Below the pieces are notes generated by a model, which saw nothing but the letters and a program-made list of their open reading frames with translations, had not been told where the DNA came from and ran no database searches. Shown here piece by piece: positions 60,872 through 64,000 of a stretch of 64,000 nucleotides of DNA. This stretch comes from an uncultured Planctomycetaceae bacterium (GTDB taxonomy: Bacteria > Planctomycetota > Planctomycetia > Isosphaerales > Isosphaeraceae), in the NCBI GenBank assembly GCA_963833985.1, contig CAWIAD010000002.1, positions 4,416,001 through 4,480,000 on the forward strand. The letters run 5' to 3'. Numbering within the stretch: the stretch's first letter is position 1; each line of letters opens with the position of its first letter. Both the position numbers and the translations under genes were made by a program.

Positions 60872-61912
60872 CTACTTGTTCTTCTCTCGCGGCCGCGGCG
60901 CGGGCGGCATCCGCACCATGCTGTACTCTTCCGTCTGGGAGATCACCCGGCCGCCTACCGTCCTGCCAAGCGACGCCCAGTGGTAATTATGATCATTCAC
61001 TCGCGCGATGACGTGCGTCGCTCCGGCCACGCGGCCGTCTGGCAGCACGCCGGTCGACTGCACCACCCAGCGCGGGCCGTCCTGCGTCCACAGGCCGGTG
61101 CCATATCCGCCGGCCGAATCAAACACCCACGACTTGATCTGCCGGGAAAGCGGGTCCCAGCCAATCCTCTCGTTTACCGTCATCGCGGGCTTTCCCTGCA
61201 CGTGCACCGAGAAATCCCGGGGCAGGAAATTGCCATCCGCGGACCAGTCGGTATGGACCTTCACGACGGCCTGATCGTCCTCGTCCATCCAGTCTCCTAC
61301 CAGCCACTCCAGCACTTGCAGGCGGTCGCGCGGCGCGAGTGTGACATCGTGCTCTTCACGCACGGATGCGAATCGCCACTTGCCGTCCTGCTTCTCCAGA
61401 AGTGCGACATAGCGGCGCAAGCTGCACGGCCCTCCGTCCTCCGGGGTAAGCCGGACCTGGCCCTCGGCCGTGGCGGCCTCGTGGCCCAGCAAACGGAACG
61501 ATTCCAGCGAAAGCTCCATGCTCTGGTGCGGAGTGGAATCAAAGAACTCCGCGTACTCATTCTCGATCGCCTTGCTGCCGGTGGTGCGGTCACCAGACTC
61601 GTCCACCAGTTCCGCGTCCGCAGCGAACAGGGCAGCCAGGCCACGGGCGTCCTGTGCGTTGTAGGCCTTGAGGAAGGCCTCGGCGGTCGCGCGAATCGCC
61701 TGCTCATCCTCGCGGCGGATCGGCTCGGCCCCCGGTGCCGGCCGTTCCGCATCCGCCGCGCGGCGAGCAGTCTCCTCTCCCTGAGACTTCTCTCCAGCCG
61801 GGACGAAACCGGCCTGGGGTTGCTTTGCTTCCTGATCCCGCTTCTGCGCCCGGGCTGTCCGGCCGGCGAGCACCACCGCGGCGATCAGGAGAAGGATCCG
61901 CGCGGCTCTCAT
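60872..61912 (-). CDS. Secreted SgcJ/EcaC (NTF2/SnoaL-like) domain protein
   Basis: Signal peptide; AIRATAEAFLKAYNAQDARGLAALF; LEWLVGDW; IGWDP..IKSWVFDSAGG. Confidence 0.82.
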   Translation of the reverse strand: MRAARILLLIAAVVLAGRTARAQKRDQEAKQPQAGFVPAGEKSQGEETARRAADAERPAPGAEPIRREDEQAIRATAEAFLKAYNAQDARGLAALFAADAELVDESGDRTTGSKAIENEYAEFFDSTPHQSMELSLESFRLLGHEAATAEGQVRLTPEDGGPCSLRRYVALLEKQDGKWRFASVREEHDVTLAPRDRLQVLEWLVGDWMDEDDQAVVKVHTDWSADGNFLPRDFSVHVQGKPAMTVNERIGWDPLSRQIKSWVFDSAGGYGTGLWTQDGPRWVVQSTGVLPDGRVAGATHVIARVNDHNYHWASLGRTVGGRVISQTEEYSMVRMPPAPRPREKNK

Positions 61913-62092
61913 GGTTTGAAGACCTCCGACCAAAGACCTGGAAAGGGGCCCGCCGCCTTTCCGCTTGGCCCCGGGAACGGTTGCACATGAGGCGACGACT
62001 AGAAGACTCCTATGAGTAAACGTGCAATATCCATGCCGAAATTCAGATTCAACCACGCATGTTCGTGCTTATGGATTCCGGGCATTCCGCGC

Positions 62093-62142
62093 AAAAAAAC
62101 CGCAGGCGGCATCGAGCTGCGCGCTCATGATGCCGCCTGTGG
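62093..62142 (-). terminator. Rho-independent terminator
   Basis: CCGCAGGCGGCATC...GATGCCGCCTGTGG inverted repeat preceded by A7 on + (U-tract on -), downstream of the 62188 gene. Confidence 0.7.
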
Positions 62143-62187
62143 CCTGCTACGGAGATGCTCTGTTCGATGCGCCTCAGCCCATGCTCG

Positions 62188-64000
62188 CTAGTGTGACCTG
62201 CTGAAGGCGAGCCCGGGGTCGTCGGGCGGACCCGCCATGACCTTGAAGCGGAAATGATCGTTATCTTGCCAGGTTACCCGACCGACGAGCGGGGGCTGCG
62301 CGTCCTGCCCCGAACGGGCCAGGGTGAGGATGCCGTTGCCATAGGTTTCATCGCCCTCGAACTGTTCGGTCTTACCCTGATTCGTCACCATCCAGCGGAA
62401 GTGGTTCCCCTCGACGTTCAAGCGAATTGACGTTCCGCTGCCGGGTTCTGCGGTCCACGAACCCGCCAGGCTGCCTTCGGCTGCCAGCGGTGTTGTCGCG
62501 GTGGTGGCTTCCTTCGGCGCGGGCGCCCCGGCCGCCGGCATGGTGGCCTGGGTGGCCGTCAGTGGGGTGGCCGCTTGCGGCCCAGCGCCACTCAGGGAGT
62601 GCAGCATCTCCATGGCGACCAGGTCCCTGGGTTGCAGCCGGGTCACTTCCTGGAGCTGCTTGATCGCTGCATCCACGTGCCCCGCGGTGACGTAATGATA
62701 GGCCAGCACGAACCGATCCGCCGCGGATTGGGGAGTCTGCTGGACCGCTGCTTCCAGTGTTCGCAACTGAGCGGTGTAGACCTCGACATCGCGATACAGG
62801 CCGACAAGCGTCGGCCAGTCCCATCCCGGCCCGGTAGCGAGTACAGCGTAGAGCGCCGAGGCCGCCTCGTCATAACGCTGGAGTGCAAACAGCACGAGTG
62901 CGCGGAACTCGTGCAGCGAGACGTCGTTCGGCAGTTGCCGCAACGCCTGGTCGGTCGAGTCGAGCGCCTGGGTGTAGTTTTCCTGCTTGAACGCGGCGCG
63001 TGCTTGCTCGAACAGGCTGTCGGCTTGTTGCTGCACCGTCTGCGCCGGCTCCGGGGCCGTCGTGCTGATCGGCTGCGAGTAGTCGTAACTGGTCGGCTGC
63101 TGCACCACGACGACGTAGGGATTGGAGTACGACGAGTAGCCCCAGTCGTACAGCGACGAACCGTAACCCCCATAGCCCAGGCCCCCGTAGCCGAGCCCGC
63201 CATAACCATAGCCGCCGTACCCGCCGTACCCGCCATAGCCCGGGTAGCCCCAGCCACCGTATCCACCGTAGCCGCCATAACCACCGTAGCCGCCATAACC
63301 ACCGTAGCCCAGGCCGTACAGCCCGCCGAGGCCCCAGCCCAGGCCGCCAAGTCCCCAGCCCAGCCCGAGTCCCATACCCAGGCCATACCCGAAGCCCATG
63401 CCAGGGAAGCCGTAAAGGCCATAACCGCCATAGCCAAGGCCATAACCGCCATAGCCGCCGTAACCACCGTAGCCATAGCCATTGCGTCCATAGCCATAAC
63501 CGTAGCCCCGGCCATAGCGCCCGTATCCGCCATAACGCCCCTGGCCCAGTCCGGGATACCCCCAGCCGCCGTATCCCAGGCCGCCATTACCGCTGTTGTA
63601 ATTCAATCCACGGTTGCCGAACTGACCACGGTTGCCGAACTGACCGGCGCTGACGTTATTGATGGACCGATTGCCCGTGACTCCGCCGTTCCAGGTCCCG
63701 CGCATCCATGACTGGCGACCCGCCATGAGCGCACCAGCGCGGTTTGCCCCCAGCCCGCCGGCTCCGGCGCGGTTGCCGCCCAGGGCCGTGCTGCCGAACC
63801 GGCCCGTGCTGCCAAGCCCGCGGGCAGCGTAGTTGGCCCGGTTGCCAAAGGCAATTCCGCTGTTGCCCGGCCGCGAGAGACCACCCGCCCCACGACCCGC
63901 CAGTCCGCCCATCGAGGGCCTCATCCCGGAGCCCAGTGCTGAGCCAGCGCGGAGGCCGTTGTTCCCGACTCCTCCGCGGAAGCTGCTCATTCCCGATCCG
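62188..64000 (-). CDS. Gly/Tyr-rich + TPR protein, paralogue of 58875-60800 (5' end probably beyond the window)
   Basis: GGY repeats; same TPR and C-terminal GILTLA...DDPGL motifs; no signal peptide inside the window. Confidence 0.85.
   Translation of the reverse strand, partial: GSGMSSFRGGVGNNGLRAGSALGSGMRPSMGGLAGRGAGGLSRPGNSGIAFGNRANYAARGLGSTGRFGSTALGGNRAGAGGLGANRAGALMAGRQSWMRGTWNGGVTGNRSINNVSAGQFGNRGQFGNRGLNYNSGNGGLGYGGWGYPGLGQGRYGGYGRYGRGYGYGYGRNGYGYGGYGGYGGYGLGYGGYGLYGFPGMGFGYGLGMGLGLGWGLGGLGWGLGGLYGLGYGGYGGYGGYGGYGGYGGWGYPGYGGYGGYGGYGYGGLGYGGLGYGGYGSSLYDWGYSSYSNPYVVVVQQPTSYDYSQPISTTAPEPAQTVQQQADSLFEQARAAFKQENYTQALDSTDQALRQLPNDVSLHEFRALVLFALQRYDEAASALYAVLATGPGWDWPTLVGLYRDVEVYTAQLRTLEAAVQQTPQSAADRFVLAYHYVTAGHVDAAIKQLQEVTRLQPRDLVAMEMLHSLSGAGPQAATPLTATQATMPAAGAPAPKEATTATTPLAAEGSLAGSWTAEPGSGTSIRLNVEGNHFRWMVTNQGKTEQFEGDETYGNGILTLARSGQDAQPPLVGRVTWQDNDHFRFKVMAGPPDDPGLAFSRSH

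Overview
High-GC bacterial DNA; gene content suggests a planctomycete (Isosphaeraceae-like, inferred only). In order: a GH2-like glycosidase and a heparinase II/III-like lyase; a vapB with a collapsed vapC remnant; a glycerol-1-phosphate dehydrogenase homologue; a signalling block (PAS hybrid kinases, HD-GYP, NarX/NarL-type pair, tandem PilZ) with a fatty-acid desaturase; a ~10.5 kb gas vesicle cluster (gvpA, C, N, V-like, F/L x2, G, J/A-family x2, K) that also carries a CDC48/p97-type AAA ATPase, an Hsp20, a stand-alone DnaJ-type zinc finger and unknown genes; a surface glycosylation locus (2 GT2, priming transferase, 4 GT-C-like); and a selenocysteine formate dehydrogenase operon split by ~11 kb. 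That intervening DNA holds mosaic palindromic repeats bracketing Uma2 and DUF433/DUF5615 genes, a GH2 and a Fic gene. The window ends with two secreted Gly/Tyr-rich TPR paralogues around an NTF2-like gene. Best leads: the chaperone-laden gas vesicle system with a shared 15-bp operator-like motif next to a NarL-type regulator, and the covarying hairpin repeat mosaic. About ten apparent single-base frameshifts are probably assembly errors.
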